The notes beneath the pieces were generated by a model, which made no database searches, had not been told where the DNA came from, and saw only the letters and a program-made list of their open reading frames with translations. A DNA stretch of 64,000 nt from Piromyces finnis finn. Lineage: Eukaryota; Fungi; Neocallimastigomycota. The DNA lies in NCBI GenBank assembly GCA_002104945.1, contig MCFH01000043.1, positions 1 to 64,000 on the forward strand. Reading direction: 5' to 3'. Positions 16,600 through 31,210 of this stretch are shown here, one piece after another. Within the stretch, counting starts at the first letter, position 1. Each line of letters opens with the position of its first letter. The position numbers and the translations under genes were made by a program.

Positions 16600-17639
16600 T
16601 ATTCATAACAAAACAAAATAATTTTATTTAAATTTTTTTTTTTTTAATATCATAAAACAGCAATCTTCCCCATTAAAAAAATCATTATTAAAGAAACAAA
16701 AAACAAATTAAATTTTTTAATATTTCTTTTTTATTACAACACTATAATTTATTTAATTATTTGTTTTTGATTCAAAAATAAATTATATTCTTATATTCCT
16801 ATTTTTATATTAAATATTTCGGCGGATTTAATTATATTTTATAAATATTAAAAAAAAAAAAAAAAAAGAAATTCTTTAAAAAAATTATATACCAATTTAT
16901 TGTAAAGCTAATCAAGATTTAAATACCATAATTATTACCCCCAATTTTATAAATAATAATAAACCTCTTTTAAAATGTTATTATATATTATTTTATCTAT
17001 TACCATGTAAAAATAATATAAAATAAAAAATTATATAGTAAAATAAAACTAATTTATTATAATAGTATACTTTTTTAATGCTATTAATTTATATTCAAAA
17101 AAATAAAACCCTTTTTTTTTTCCTTCTTTTTATAAAAGTTAATGTTAAAATATAGGAAAATAAAATATAATTTTTTTTTTCAAAAAAAATAATTTTATTA
17201 TTTTTATTATGAGATTTTTTTTAAAAAAAAATTAAATATAAATAAATTAAATATATAAAGTGTTATGAATTTTTAATTTGATATTTTAATAGTAAATATT
17301 AATTGCGTCTATGTTTTCTTAATTTCTTTTTTAAAATATAAAAATAAATTAACTTAAAAAAACAATAATAAAAAGAGAAAGGATGTTTATATTAAATATA
17401 TTATAAAATAGAATGAATGGAAATTATTCAAAATACATTTTTTTTTTTGTAAATTAAAAACATATAATATATTCTTTAATAATTACTACTTATATTAAAA
17501 TTAATATAATTATTAGAAATTGTATTTTTATACTAAAAAAATCATTTTATTTCTTTGTTGGGCTTGATCTATAATATACTTATAATAATTCCATAAATTC
17601 TATTTCAAAAATAAATACTGTGATTTCTTCTTAACAACT

Positions 17640-18805
17640 TTATTTCTTTGGTCTTGGTCTGTATTCACCAACTACAATAGCGTGATCTCTTTCATATGGT
17701 TCTAAAGTTAATTGTTCACGTGGCTTAATCTTTTCACTTTGAAGTTTCTTTACTTCACTAGCGAAAACCTTAGCTGGTTCCATAGTAGAATCAATGCAAC
17801 TAGCCTTAATAGAAATAACAATGTGACCACCGATCTTACAGAACATATGAGCATTCATAGCGATAATTCTTGCTTGATCTGGTTGAGCAACATCAGCGAA
17901 AACAACATCAACCATTGGAACAAGCATTCTGTACTTTTGTGGATAACGAGCATCTTCAATAATTGGAATAACATTAGTACGTTTCTTAGCAACATTAATT
18001 AATTCTCTACCAACACGAAGAGAGAATTCAACAGCATAAACATTACCAGTCTATTATTTATTTTCAAAAATATTATATAATATTAAAATATTATTAGCAT
18101 ATATATCTATTATATTTTTCTTCATATTTAATCAATATTCCACTTACTGGGCCAACAATATCAGCTACGTGAGAAACAGTAGTACCTGAAGCACCACCAA
18201 GATATAAAACCTTAGCTCCTGGTTTAATGTAAATGTTATCAAGACCACCTAAAATACCAGCAGCGATCTTTGATCTGAATGGGTTCCAAACACGGTATTC
18301 AGTTTTAGTACCGTCAGCATTCTATTCAATTTTATTTACATTATCCCATTAATTAACTTAAATGTAATAAAGTTAGCAATTATTATAATACTTACATCAA
18401 CAGAAATTCTCTTTTCACCATAAACACTTTCTCCTGGAACAAGATTCTTAGTAACTAAAAGATCTTCCTTTCCTCTGGCAATGAAAACACCTTCATGTCT
18501 GTGTGGTTCAATAACAACCTTAGCGGCTCCCTTGGCTCCACGGCCACCCTTTGGACCACCGCGTCCACCACGGGCACCACCGCGTCCACCTTTAAAACCA
18601 CCACGGCCACCAGCACCACCACGGCTGCCACCACGGCCTTTATTTAAAATAAATTTATTAAATAAAATTAATTATTTTATTTTCGTAATTAAACCTATAA
18701 ATGAACTTTTTTATTAATATTCACCTCCAAAACCTCCACGGCCACCGCCACGGCCACCACGGGCTCCACCGCGACCACCTTTGAATCCTCCTCTTTTATT
18801 ATCAG
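17640..18805 (-). CDS. NOP1: Fibrillarin (rRNA 2'-O-methyltransferase, box C/D snoRNP); start codon exon unresolved
   Basis: Exons 18805-18725, 18637-18396, 18321-18148, 18050-17640. RGG-rich GAR domain, [64 protein letters not shown]. Confidence 0.97.
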
Positions 18806-19379
18806 CTATATGAATAATTTTAATTATTATTTAAAAATATTATTAATTAATTTACTCCACCTTTTAAATATTTACTATAAAGAATATAAAATTAAATATT
18901 CCAAAATATTTTTAATATTTAAATTATTATTTTGCTTTCATTTTACAAATTTTGATAATTATTATATTTAATTTTATTGCCAATGAAAAAACGTATTATT
19001 ATGATATTTCAAAATCTATACTTTATTAATGCATATCTTCTTAGTAAAGCAAATGTATATTGATTTTGAACTATAGGAAAAATTAATTCTCTATAATTTT
19101 TATTCTCATATATATAATTTTTATATTTATTGATCGATTTAAAAATCTAGATTGCTTATTATAATTCATATGTATCTTTATTTTTTTTATTTGATAATTA
19201 TTTATTATCTTTATAATAATTCCTTTAAAATCAATAAAGTAATAATCACAATCGTCCTTCAATATAAATATTTAATTATTTTATATTTATAAGTATTTTT
19301 TATTCTTCTGTTAGTATATTTACCAAAACCCATTTTTATAATATTATAATAATATAATTTTTAAAAAATAGTTATATTG

Positions 19380-19420
<41 letters not shown>

Positions 19421-19501
19421 AAGAAAAATTGTAAATTATTTCATTATATTACATTACGATACGTTACAAAAGTAATATAAAATAATAAATAAAAAACAAT
19501 A

Positions 19502-19598
19502 GATTGGTTATATTACAATGTATTAAACTAAGTATTGTAAATAATACATATCTCTCGATTCATTTCATGATTGGTTATATATAAAAGGCTGATCCAAT
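19502..19598. promoter_or_regulatory. Putative CCAAT-box/TATA cluster upstream of fibrillarin
   Basis: Exact 12-bp direct repeat GATTGGTTATAT at 19502 and 19569 (reverse CCAAT). The second copy overlaps TATATAAAAGG, and another CCAAT lies at ~19594. Confidence 0.25.
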
Positions 19599-22500
19599 AA
19601 ATATAAAAATTGATTTATTATTTTTAATATAATTAGGATAATGTATACGTTGATTTTATATATTTATTATTGTATAAACATTTGTATTTTTTATAAATAA
19701 AATAAAAAAAATAAAAAAACTTTATTATACTATCTTAATCCATTCAACTACTTACGTTAACATATATAAAAATTATAAGGAAATATAAAAAATCATTGTA
19801 TATTGAATATATTGAATATGAGTATATTCAGTATGAAAATGAAAAATCATCTATTAAAAAAAGTATAAAATATTAGTTTGTTATATGATAATAATTATAA
19901 TAATTTTTTATAAAAAAATATAACATCAGAATTTTCAATCAATAATGTTTGTTAATATTTTGTATATTAATTATATAAATAATTTTTATGTAGTACAATT
20001 TAAACTTTAAAATTTTAAATTTAATCATTATATATTTCTTATTTTGTAAAATACTATATTTATAAATTATAAATTATCTCTAAATATTTTAATTTTGCTT
20101 GTTATATATTAAAAAAATTCTATAAAAAAGTTAGAAATACTTTATTGTTTAAAGCCATTTGAATGAAATAGTCTTTCTATTAATTTATTAATTATTGCAT
20201 AAACAATTACCTAGTAGTTTCATATTAATTCAATCCTTAATTCTTTTGGTTTTTATTCTTTTACATTCATTAATACATAAATTGAAAGTGTACTTCAAAA
20301 AATTTCCGATTTTTTAATATAAAAACTTATAATATTTTTATTTAAACAATCTCATTATCAAAATATTTGAATATTAGAAAAGGATTATGTTGTTGTATTA
20401 TTTTTGGTATAATGATGTAAAAATTCGAGAGAAAACATATTAAAGGCAAACTATATATGCTAACCTTTAAATTAATATACAACTTTTATATTTGTTGATA
20501 AATGGCAATGAAATCTTTGCAAATTCTAAAAATATATTTTGAGTTAAATTTAAGCTAAATGATTTATTTGAATTTAATAATTATAATGGTTTCATATATA
20601 AATAAAGAATATTTTATTTCAATTTATTTTATAATATATATTATTTTTAAATATTTAATATGCAATAATTAAGAAATCAAAATCAACTTATAAGAATACC
20701 AACAGACGTTTTTAATATAAAATAACAAATCAAATATTACTTTTTCTCAAAAATAGTTATAGAAACTATTTTTGAACATATAAAAATGATTAATTCTTTT
20801 AATGTTCTATAGATATCCCATTCCTATGTATATTAAAATCATTCCTTTTTATTAAATTAGTTGTATATTCATACATATTCAATCTATCTTTATTTTTATA
20901 TAAATTTTTAATAGATCACTTAAAGGGTTAGTTTAATTATTTCTATTAACAAAAATTTAAATTTAATATTTCTTATTTTAATTCTATGTAATGACTAATT
21001 AGTTTATGTAATACAATGTAGATTATAATAATTTTATTCATTATAAATTTTTTTTGGGGATAAAATGATGCTATGTATGATGTTAATAAAAAAGATAACC
21101 AATAAAAACTGAGTAAATTTTAAAATGGGAAATGTTTTTAATTTTAATCAATTTTACCACAGAAATAATAGATCTTAATAAATAATAAAATCAATATAGA
21201 AAACAAAAAGGAAGTATCATAAATATAAAAATCGTAATATAGAAATAATATTTCATACTTACTAAATAATTATCATATTATATAAATAATATTTATTTAG
21301 AAGAAATAAAATTAAAATAGTTTTAAATTATATACAATTTAGTTTTAATATAATTATAAATTGTTTATTTTAGTTCAAAAAATAAGCTTTTTTAAAGTTA
21401 TTTTAATATTGTAATTTTCAATAATTTTCATATGTATATTCTGTACATACATTTAAATATTATTTTTATATATTTCATTTATATAGACTAATATATTATT
21501 TATTTTAAAGTTAATATAAAAATTTTAAAATATTTATTATAATAAATTTCACAAGATAATTAGATATTTGAAATAAATTAAAAAAAAACTTTTTTTTATA
21601 GTAATACAAAATGTTTATTGATTTACTTTTATTAAAAAAATATCAACTCACAACTTTTGTAATAATACGGCAATTGAATAGATTTTTTTTAATAAAATAT
21701 AATAAGAATCGTTATAAATAAATTACGAAATGAAAGTAAAAATTTATTAAAGAGAAAAAATTATAGAAATGAATATTAATAAACGATGAATCTATTTTTA
21801 ATTATTGTAATGAAACGACATTTAATTATGATCAATTCAAATTTTGAAAATAGAGTATATTTGTTTTTTTCTTTTCATATTCACATAATTTTTTATAACT
21901 ATTTTTATTAGCATGATAAATATCAATATACTATAATATATAATATATCTAATATTTAAATATTTAAATTTCATTAATAAACATTGTATTTATATAATAT
22001 TATATATACAAAATAATAACTATTCTTTACTAAGTAAATATATCCTAACATATATATCAGTATTATATTGAATTGCTGTTTTATTATGGATTTTTTTATT
22101 TAATATTCAATATTAATAGATTTTCTGTTTTTTGTTTTGAATTACAAATTAATTTTTTTTATTCCATCTTCATATATTAATTAAAAATATAATTAGTTTT
22201 ATTAATTAATAGTAATATAATTAATATATCCAATAGTATACTGGAATAGTTATGTATAATATAATTGATATATATTATTTAATTTGAAAGAATACATTTA
22301 ATTTAATAAGTCAAAATATGATATTCAGTTTTTATATTTAAATTTATAATAATAGAATTATATAGCTTTATAAAGATTATTAATATATAAAATATAATAG
22401 TAAAATCATCCCTAATAAAATATTATTAATAATTAGAATTTATGATTATGTTGATATTATGAAATAGTTATAAAAATAAAACTTTAAATAAAAAAAGAAA

Positions 22501-24275
22501 ATTTTATATAAATAAAAATTTGGTTAATAATAATAATAATAAAATAAATTATATTATTAAATTTAAACAATATATAATTTTATATACAACAACAATCCTA
22601 TATTATATGTATTTACATTAAACTTCTTTTTTTTTTTTTTTTTTTTTTTTATTAATAAAAAAGAAAACTTATAATTTTATAAATTACAGTATTTTAAAAT
22701 ATAAAAATTGAAAAGAAAAAAGAGGAACAATATAATAGTAGTGTTTCTTTTTTTCTTTTTCTTTTTTATATAATGTTATAAAAAAGAAAAAAAAATACCA
22801 TAACGATAATTATAATATTTTTTGTAAGTTTAATTATTTGAATCAATTATTAATTGAAGATTACTAATAAAATGCTTTTTTTTTTTTTTTTTTTTTTTTT
22901 TACTTAATTATATAAATAAATAAATAAATAAATAAATATATATATATATATATCTTGAATAATTTTAATAAAAATAATCAATATTACAAAATATAAATAA
23001 ATAAAATAAACAAACAAACAAATAAATGAAAAAAATGTACCAATGTACTTGTTATTTATTTTAGTAGCAATAAACAATTATATCATATAATATATTGATA
23101 GATTTAATATAAAAAGGATATAAGAAAGAGGGTAAAAAAAAAAAAAAAAAAAATAAAAGAAAACAAAAATTAATATTTAAATTAGAATTTTTATTGTCAT
23201 AATAAAATATAAAATTTGTTTTCTTTTATCTTCTGTTTACTTTTTTTTTTCTTTTTTTTTTTTTAATGAACTTTTAGTACTCTATCTATTGCATATATAT
23301 TTCAACAATTTTTATTTTGTATATAAATAAATAATAGAAAGGAAAAACATATAATTTTATAAATTGAATTTATGATAAAAGGAGACAAATCACTTTTATT
23401 AATACAATAATATTTAAAATTTTAAATAAAAAGATATTTAAGTAAAAAGAGAGGAAAAAAATAAACAAAAATAAAACTATAAACAGGAGTAAAATAATCA
23501 CAATAATAATAAAAATAGAGCAAAATAATCAACAAAAAACGAAAATAACAGATAATATTAAAATTATATTATTATCATTTTCATTATTAGCAAAATCATT
23601 TTTCACAAAATCTACATTTTTTTTTCAGGGTTAGCATCATATATTTACTAAATTCAAAAATTACAAAAATTTATTATTTTTTTGAATAAAAATTAAAAAT
23701 TATTAATAAAAAGTATATTTTTGTTTTATATTCAGGTAAAAAAATATTTAATTTTGTAATAATATATTTATATTATTTATATATGTTTTAATATTAGAAT
23801 AGTTGCATAAATTATAAAAGATTCAATATTTATTATAAGACAATTAATCGAGATTTACACTTAAAATTTAAAGTTATTAAATGAGTTTTATAAGGAATAT
23901 TTTTTGAAAGGAAATTATAATAGTATATAAAAGTTATATATAAATTAAATATAGAAATATAAAAATTAATATTTCTTAATTTTTTTTTAACACTTCAAAA
24001 TAAAATATAAAATTATAAAATTTTATTGATGGAACTTGATTTTAAATAAAATAAAATGAAATTGTTATAAGTGGTATTATTACGTAATACTTTTATCTTT
24101 ATGTACATATTGGTTATAATCAAACATACTTTTTAATTTTATTGTTATAATTGTTGATAATATTAAACATATAAATTAAATTAAATTAAATTAAATTAAA
24201 TGAAATTTATCATAATATAAAAAATAAATTATTATATTTATTTTGTATAGACACTTTTTCATATACACAAATATT

Positions 24276-27200
24276 ATGAGAAAAGGATTACCGCAGCCAA
24301 GACAAGTAGGCACACCTATGCAAAGTAGAGGTCCCCCAAGACCAAATGATTATTATGATGGCTATTCACGAAACAGCCCAAATTCATCCATGACAAGAAA
24401 TGGAAATGTATATGAATCACCGCGTTATGTTGGTGGTAATCGTCAGCAAGAACAATTTTCAAGATCAGGTAGTAGAATGGAGGGGGCTACACCACAGTTA
24501 AGATATAATGATGAAAGAAGAGGTGTAGGTCCTAGACCAGAAAGACCAGAAAGAAGATATCCATTACGCCCCCCAACAGATGATGATTCTTCTTCTTCGT
24601 CAAGATATGATTTAGATAGATCAAGATCAGAATATAGCAGAGAAAGAGCAAGAAGTAGAGGAAGATTGGATCCAAGAGGAGGAACAGAACCGAGAGAAAG
24701 AGGAAGATATGATAGAGATTATGGTAGTCGAGAACGTGAAAATATAAATAATTTAAGATCAAATAGTAGTAGTCGTGTTCGAGATAATGAGCCACCAAGA
24801 CCATCTCGTCCAAGAAGAGATACTAGTAGAAGTAGAGGAGGAGATTATGCTAATAGTCCTGCATTAGGAAGTCCATCTCTTTCACATTCAAAATCTCAAG
24901 GTGCAAATGATAGATATAGAGGTAGACCAACTAGAACAACTAGTGAAAATAGGTCTCGTCAAGATTCTGATGCATCTTCAAGATCATCAAGTAGAACAGG
25001 AGAACGCGATCGTAGTGCTCGTTCTACTGCTTCATCTAATTTATCTGATCTTTTCGGTAAATTTGAAAATGAAATTGAAGCTACTCTTAGTGAAACCTTT
25101 TCATCTAAAGACTCAAATTCTGTTAAATATGCTTCATCTTCTCGTGATATGGATAGAAGAGAAAGGGAAGCTCGTGAAAGAAGAGAAAAAGAAAGAGAAG
25201 CTCGTGAAAGAGAAAGAGAAGCTCGTGAAAAAGAAGTTCGTGAAAGAGAAAGAGAAGCCCGTGAAAAGGAAGCTCGTGAAGCTAGAGAAAGAGAAGCTAG
25301 AGAAAGAGAAGCTAAAGAAAGAGAAGCTAGAGAAAGAGAAGCTAAAGAAAGAGAAGCTAGAGAAAGAGAAGCCAGAGAAAGAGAAGCTAGAGAAAGAGAA
25401 GCTAGAGAAAGAAGAGAAAAAGAGAGACAAGAAAGATTAAGAAATAAAAGTAATAATGACGATTTTGATTTACCAAGACCTCAAAGAGTTGGTGTTAGTA
25501 CTCCAGATTTACCAAGACCAGCTCGTAATCAATCAAATAATATCGAAAAAACACCATCAAGACCACCAAGACAAGAATCCTGTGATGTTGTTAAAAGTAA
25601 TAGCTCTTCACCACACTCTCCAAGATCAGAAATTTCCCGCTCAGCTAGCTCTGTAGGAAATCTTGCAAGATCAGCTAGTACTGCAAAAAATATTGGTCCT
25701 CACCGTGGTCGTGTTCCACCACCATTACCAGTTCCTGAAATGCCAAGTGATATTGCTGCTGTTACTCAAGATGATCAAGATGTTGATACCCTTGTAAGTA
25801 ATTTTTTTAAATATATATGTATATATAGTTTTAAATGCTAAATATCTTTAATTTTTAATATATATATATTCAAATAATTATTAATTATTGTTTTTTTTTT
25901 TTTTTACTTATAAATTAAAAAATATAACAATGTATTGCTAATTAAATAATGAAATATGTTTAAATTATTAATTAAAATATATAAATATATTTATTAATTT
26001 TTAATAAATATATATATATATAGACAATATCTTCTAAATATCGTGATCATTTCATTGATCATCTTATATCTCAAGAGTATACAGACCCAACTCAGGACGA
26101 TTTTGTTACAATGGAAGGATATTACATGTGGGATGAAAAAACTGATAATAGGCCATTCCCAGATGTTCTTGCTCAACTTGTAGATCATCGTTTCTCCCAG
26201 GAATGGATTGATGAACAGAATAGAAAATTAGAAGAAAAGAAAAAGGTACAACAACCTGCTGTTCCATTAAGATCAGGTGATTCATCTGTTGAAGTAACAA
26301 TGGTTATTAAAGTTGTTAGAGCAAGAGGTATTATTGCTAAGGAAGGAAAATCTCGTAACCCATATTGTGAAATGAATTTTGATGGTTCAACTTTCCATAC
26401 TGAAAAATGTGATAATACATTAGAACCATATTGGAATCAACATCTTGAAATTAAAGCCAAGAATTTAACAGAAAATATTACTTTAAAGGTTTGGGATAAA
26501 AAGGCAAAAGGAAAATTCTGGAAAAAGGATGATAATGATGAATTCTTAGGTATGGCTACTATTAGTGTTGGTGAATTAATTACAAAATCGGCACGTTCAG
26601 GTTTTATTTCTCAATGGTATCCATTAGGAAAAAGAGCTGATAAAAAAGATAAACATGTTGGTGGCCAGATATTGGTTGAAGCTACAATGGGAGGAACTAC
26701 TGATGTATGCATTATATATATATTTTATAGTTAAATTTTCTTAATAACATTGATCCAAATATTTATTTATATTTTACTATATATATTATTTTATTATTAT
26801 AAATAATTTATAATGGAATAATAAATATCAATTAATTTATTTGTTTTTTTTATAGACTTCTAACGAAAGATCGATGTCAAATCAACAACAACAACAATTA
26901 TCCGATTATGAATTATTACAATCTCAATTGGTCAGTTGTAAGGTTTCATTTAAAAAATTATATACTACATTATTGAAATCTTGTTTGGAGCATGATTTAA
27001 CTTACATGCGTCCAGATATTGATGGCTATTCAATAACATCAGAAATTCTTAGTGATGAAGCAAAAATTTTATTAAAGGTATTTGGTAAAAAATGGGTAAT
27101 AGGTGATGCATTTCAAGTTATTAGCTATTTAGAACAAGTTTTTCTAATGCATCAAAATAATAAAGTTCCAATTCCAGTTGTCGTTGCTACTTTTGATGTA

Positions 27201-29797
27201 TTACATGATTCTATGAAAAAAGATGGGTGGTTACCAGAATATGAACGTCCACATTTAATTGAACTTTTAGATGAAATGGAAGGTTTCCATTCTAAACAAG
27301 TATGCCATTATCGTGAATATTTCCCAAAAGCACAACCAGAAGGTGCATTACAAAATGCTATTTTATTGTGGAGAATGATTTTTAAGAATAGAATCTTTAG
27401 AGATCAACATCCTGAATTACCAGAAAGTTTCAGGGAAGAAATTAGAAAAAAAGTATCAAACCATGTTGAAAATAGATATACTAAATTATTAGGATTAAGT
27501 TCTCCATTTGTTGAAACTACAGAAGATATTTTATGTGGTTTGGCTAAATTAGCTGACTTAATTGTAGAAGATATTGAAGATGATTTGAAGTATTATCATG
27601 TTATTTTTTCACAAGAAGTAAATATTGTAAGTATTTCGGCTGAAACTTATTTGAAGAACTTTATTCAAGAATTAGAAAATAATTCCGAACGTATAGCTAG
27701 TCCAGAAGCTGTTGAAGCTAGTAAAAGTACATTTGAACTTTATAGTCGTGTTAAGTTAATGGATCAACAATATGCAAAGTTAGTACCAAAAGGAAAGAGA
27801 TTTTCAATTGGAACTAGTTTTAATATTGAAAAATGGTTTAAAGAATTTGTTTTATCATGGCTTAAAGCTCAACAAGATAAAACCATTGAATGGGTTAAAA
27901 ATGCTATCGATTCTGATAAAATGGAAAAAACATCAGAAGAAATTCCACACTCATCATCTGTTGTTGACTTGTTCAGTATAATGTTTGAAGAATTAGAATT
28001 ACTTAAGGGTTTAGAATGGAGTGATATTGATCAATATACTGAATTTGTTACTTCTTTTGCTAAGATTGTAACTAAAGCAATTGAGCAATATTGTGATTCA
28101 ATGCAAAGTGGTGAAATTAAGAAGGATGAAGGTGCTAATAAGATAAATCCATTATTAGCTGGTGCAGCCGCTGCTTTTGGTTTAGAAACTGAAACTCATC
28201 AACCAACTGATATTGCAAATGAAGTAAGTTTGATATTTATATATTTATATATATAATATTAATATTCGATTATGAAAAGATATAAATATTAATATCTTTA
28301 TTTAATATTACCAATATTATTACCTTTAATTTTTAATAATAGTCATGTGTTAAATTATGTAATATTGAAGAAGCATTATTAAAGTTAGATGAAATGTACA
28401 AATCATTACAGGAACAAAATATTAAAAAGGTAGCAAAGCCAAAAGTAAATAAGGTTAGAGCATCTGATGGTACTATTACAGGTACATTCGGTTTAGAAAT
28501 TGTATTTGGTGAAAATATTAAACCATGTAATAAGAATGGTTTATCTAGTCCATATGTTCTTGTTAAATTACCAGATGGTACTCCAATTCCGATAGGAAAT
28601 GATGGTGTACCTGTACAACAGACTTTGGAATTAGCTAGAAGTTCAGTTGTCCATGATTCAGTTAATCCAATTTGGGATGAAACATTCCAAATTTCAATAT
28701 TACCTACAAAAGCTATCGAAATTTTCGTATACAATAAAACATCATTCTTAACTTCAGATGAACTTTGTGGTAAAAAGGTTGTAAGACTTAGTTCTGGATG
28801 GTGTGATCATCAAACACATGATATTTGGATTAAACTAGAACCACAAGGTAGACTTTTAATTCGTATTACTATGGATGGTGAAGGAGAAGATTTAGCTTTC
28901 TTTTTCAAAAACGCCAGACAAAGATTGATGCGTGCCTTGATTGATTTCTTAAGAGCATTAGTTTATCGTATTTCACCATATACTCGTGAAGTATTAACTA
29001 AAGCATGTAAAGATAATGAAGCTGCACCACTTCCAAATAAATCTATCTTTTCATTAACAAAGTCATTTAGTAATTTAACACCTTCAGGAAAGTCTATTGA
29101 TGCAAAATTAACTCCACAAGAAGCTGAAGAAGCCTTATTACCATTAACTGAATACTTGGATAAAAATTTAGAAACATTATGTAGTAGTTTAAGTAGTAAG
29201 ATGGCACAAGAAATTATTTTCCGTACTTGGTGTGATATATTAGTTATATTAGAAAACTTAATGGTACCACAAATGTATGGTGCTGTTGAACGTGATAGAA
29301 GAATATTAAATAAGAGACAAGTTAACTTTATAGAGGTTGCCTTAGATGTAAGTTTTTTTTTTTTTATTTTGATATTTTTTTTTATTAAAATATTATAAGT
29401 ATTAAAAACAAAATAATAATTTTGATATTATTATTTTAATTTGAATAATAATCAATAAATAATTATGGGATCTAATGTTATTAATAATAAATATTTTTAA
29501 TAGATATTATTTAATTTCTTCCATGCCGAAGGTGAAGGTCTTGGATTACCAAAGTCAACATTAAGAAAAGCACCAAAATATCGTGATATTAAAGATTTAA
29601 TAAATAACTATTTCTTAACTGTTGAAGAATTAAAGAAGGCATATGAGTCTTCTTCTAAAAAACAACAACAACTATTGAAGCTTTTACGTCTTTACTCACA
29701 GGTAGGCGATGATTCCACTCAGAAAGAGGAAGCCAGAGTATATTTAGAAAAGGAACTTGAAAGTCTAAATAACAAAGATTCAGAATCTGATAAATAA
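24276..29797 (+). CDS. Munc13/Unc13-family protein (C2-MHD1-C2-MHD2; Ync13/Git1/BAIAP3-like) with a long R/S/D/E-rich N-terminus, ~1620 aa
   Basis: Exons 24276-25793, 26024-26704, 26856-28223, 28343-29347, 29504-29797 (4866 nt). C2 domain IKVVRARGIIAKEGKSRNPYC..NTLEPYWNQ..VWDK..DEFLG; MHD1 WFKEFVLSWL..HSSSVVDLF; second C2 SSPYV..VNPIWDETF; MHD2 LTEYLDKNLETL..FFHAEGEG. An additional upstream exon is possible. Confidence 0.85.
25159..25438 (+). repeat. Coding tandem repeat encoding (REARE/REAKE)n
   Basis: The 15-nt unit GCTAGAGAAAGAGAA and its variants are repeated within the first exon of the Munc13-like gene. Confidence 0.9.
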
Positions 29798-31156
29798 CAA
29801 CAACAACAATAATAAAAAATACTTTAATGATAATATCATCCCATTCTTTAATTCATTAATATAATTAAATTAATAATTTATAATTTCTGTTTTTTTTTTT
29901 TTTTTTCTCCTTATAATATATATACTTTCTTAGATAATAAAAAAAATAAGTAAATTTGAAACTAAAAACCGAAAAACCAAAACTAAAAAAAAAAAAAATT
30001 ATAACAATAACAACAATAATAATAATGATAATAATAATAAGTTAATATAATAGGCAAATTGATTTTTTAAAAAAAATTATTTGTTATCTTTTTTTCCCAA
30101 TTAGAATAAACAAACAAATAAACAAGAAAACAAAAATAAAAATTAAAAGACACAAATAAATAAATAAATAAATAAATAAATAACATATTAATATAAAATA
30201 AATTAAATAAGAATAAAAATTAATACCAAAATTAAATGAAATGTAAAATATAATTTAAAAACAAAGCAACAATAATTTTAATAAAAACCAAATTTGAGTA
30301 ATTATATATTCATATAAATAAAAAATATCAATTACCATTTATAAAATCATTATAATTTTTAATTAATTCTTGTAAATTAATTTTGATATATAGTAATAGT
30401 TTAAGTTTATTTCAAAATAATACCATTTTTGCTAAATGTAGCAATAAAATAATAATAAACTCAATGGAGGAAGCAAAAAGAACTCTTTATTTTCTAAATA
30501 ATAGGTATCTTTTTTTTTTTATATAAATTTCATTTTTGTGATTCAATGGAACTCTTCATGTAAAAATTATATATTTTGTTATTGAGAAAAAAAAGTTCAA
30601 TATCAAAATGTTTAAACTATAATTAAGGATATAAAAAATAATTAAATATTCAGTATATCAAAAAAAAAAAATATAGTAGTTTTTTGTCTGGCAAATATAG
30701 GAAGAATTCTCAAAAGTTAAATGTGATTATTATAAAAGTGTTATAATAAATTAATAAAGATATCTTTTTAACTTATAATAATATCAGTTTTTTATTTATT
30801 TATTTTTCTTTATTTTTAATCATTTATATAATTTGAATTTTTAAATATTGAAGTTTGACTAATATTAAAGTAATTTATTCAAATCAATGAATAATTTTCA
30901 TATATTCGAAATGACATCATTAATTATTATTAATATAATGTTATGATTATATACCAAACTATAAAAATTTTTAAATTTAACTATAATTATTATATTTTAA
31001 TAATTATAGTGAAAATATTAAGTTTAATATTTACTATGTACTAAATGTACTAAATAATATTTGTAAAAATGTATTATAAAATACTTAATATTTGAGTAAG
31101 TTTATTTTTGGTTAAATATTTAATTTTGAGGTGTCACAATTATTTAAGAAATTGAG

Positions 31157-31159
31157 AAA

Positions 31160-31210
<51 letters not shown>
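31157..31210. repeat. (AAAT)n microsatellite
   Basis: About 13 consecutive AAAT units. Confidence 0.9.

Noticed and set aside
18950-24240. 5-kb ORF-free interval (similarly 5.5-10.5 kb) as a possible hidden RNA gene or centromere
   Set aside because: No tRNA/rRNA/snoRNA signature or repeat array was recognised. Long, extremely AT-rich intergenic regions are normal in these fungi.
24532-25656. Hydrophobic F/S/L-rich or K/E/L ORFs over the Munc13-like exon 1
   Set aside because: Frame and strand shadows of the purine-rich REARE repeat.
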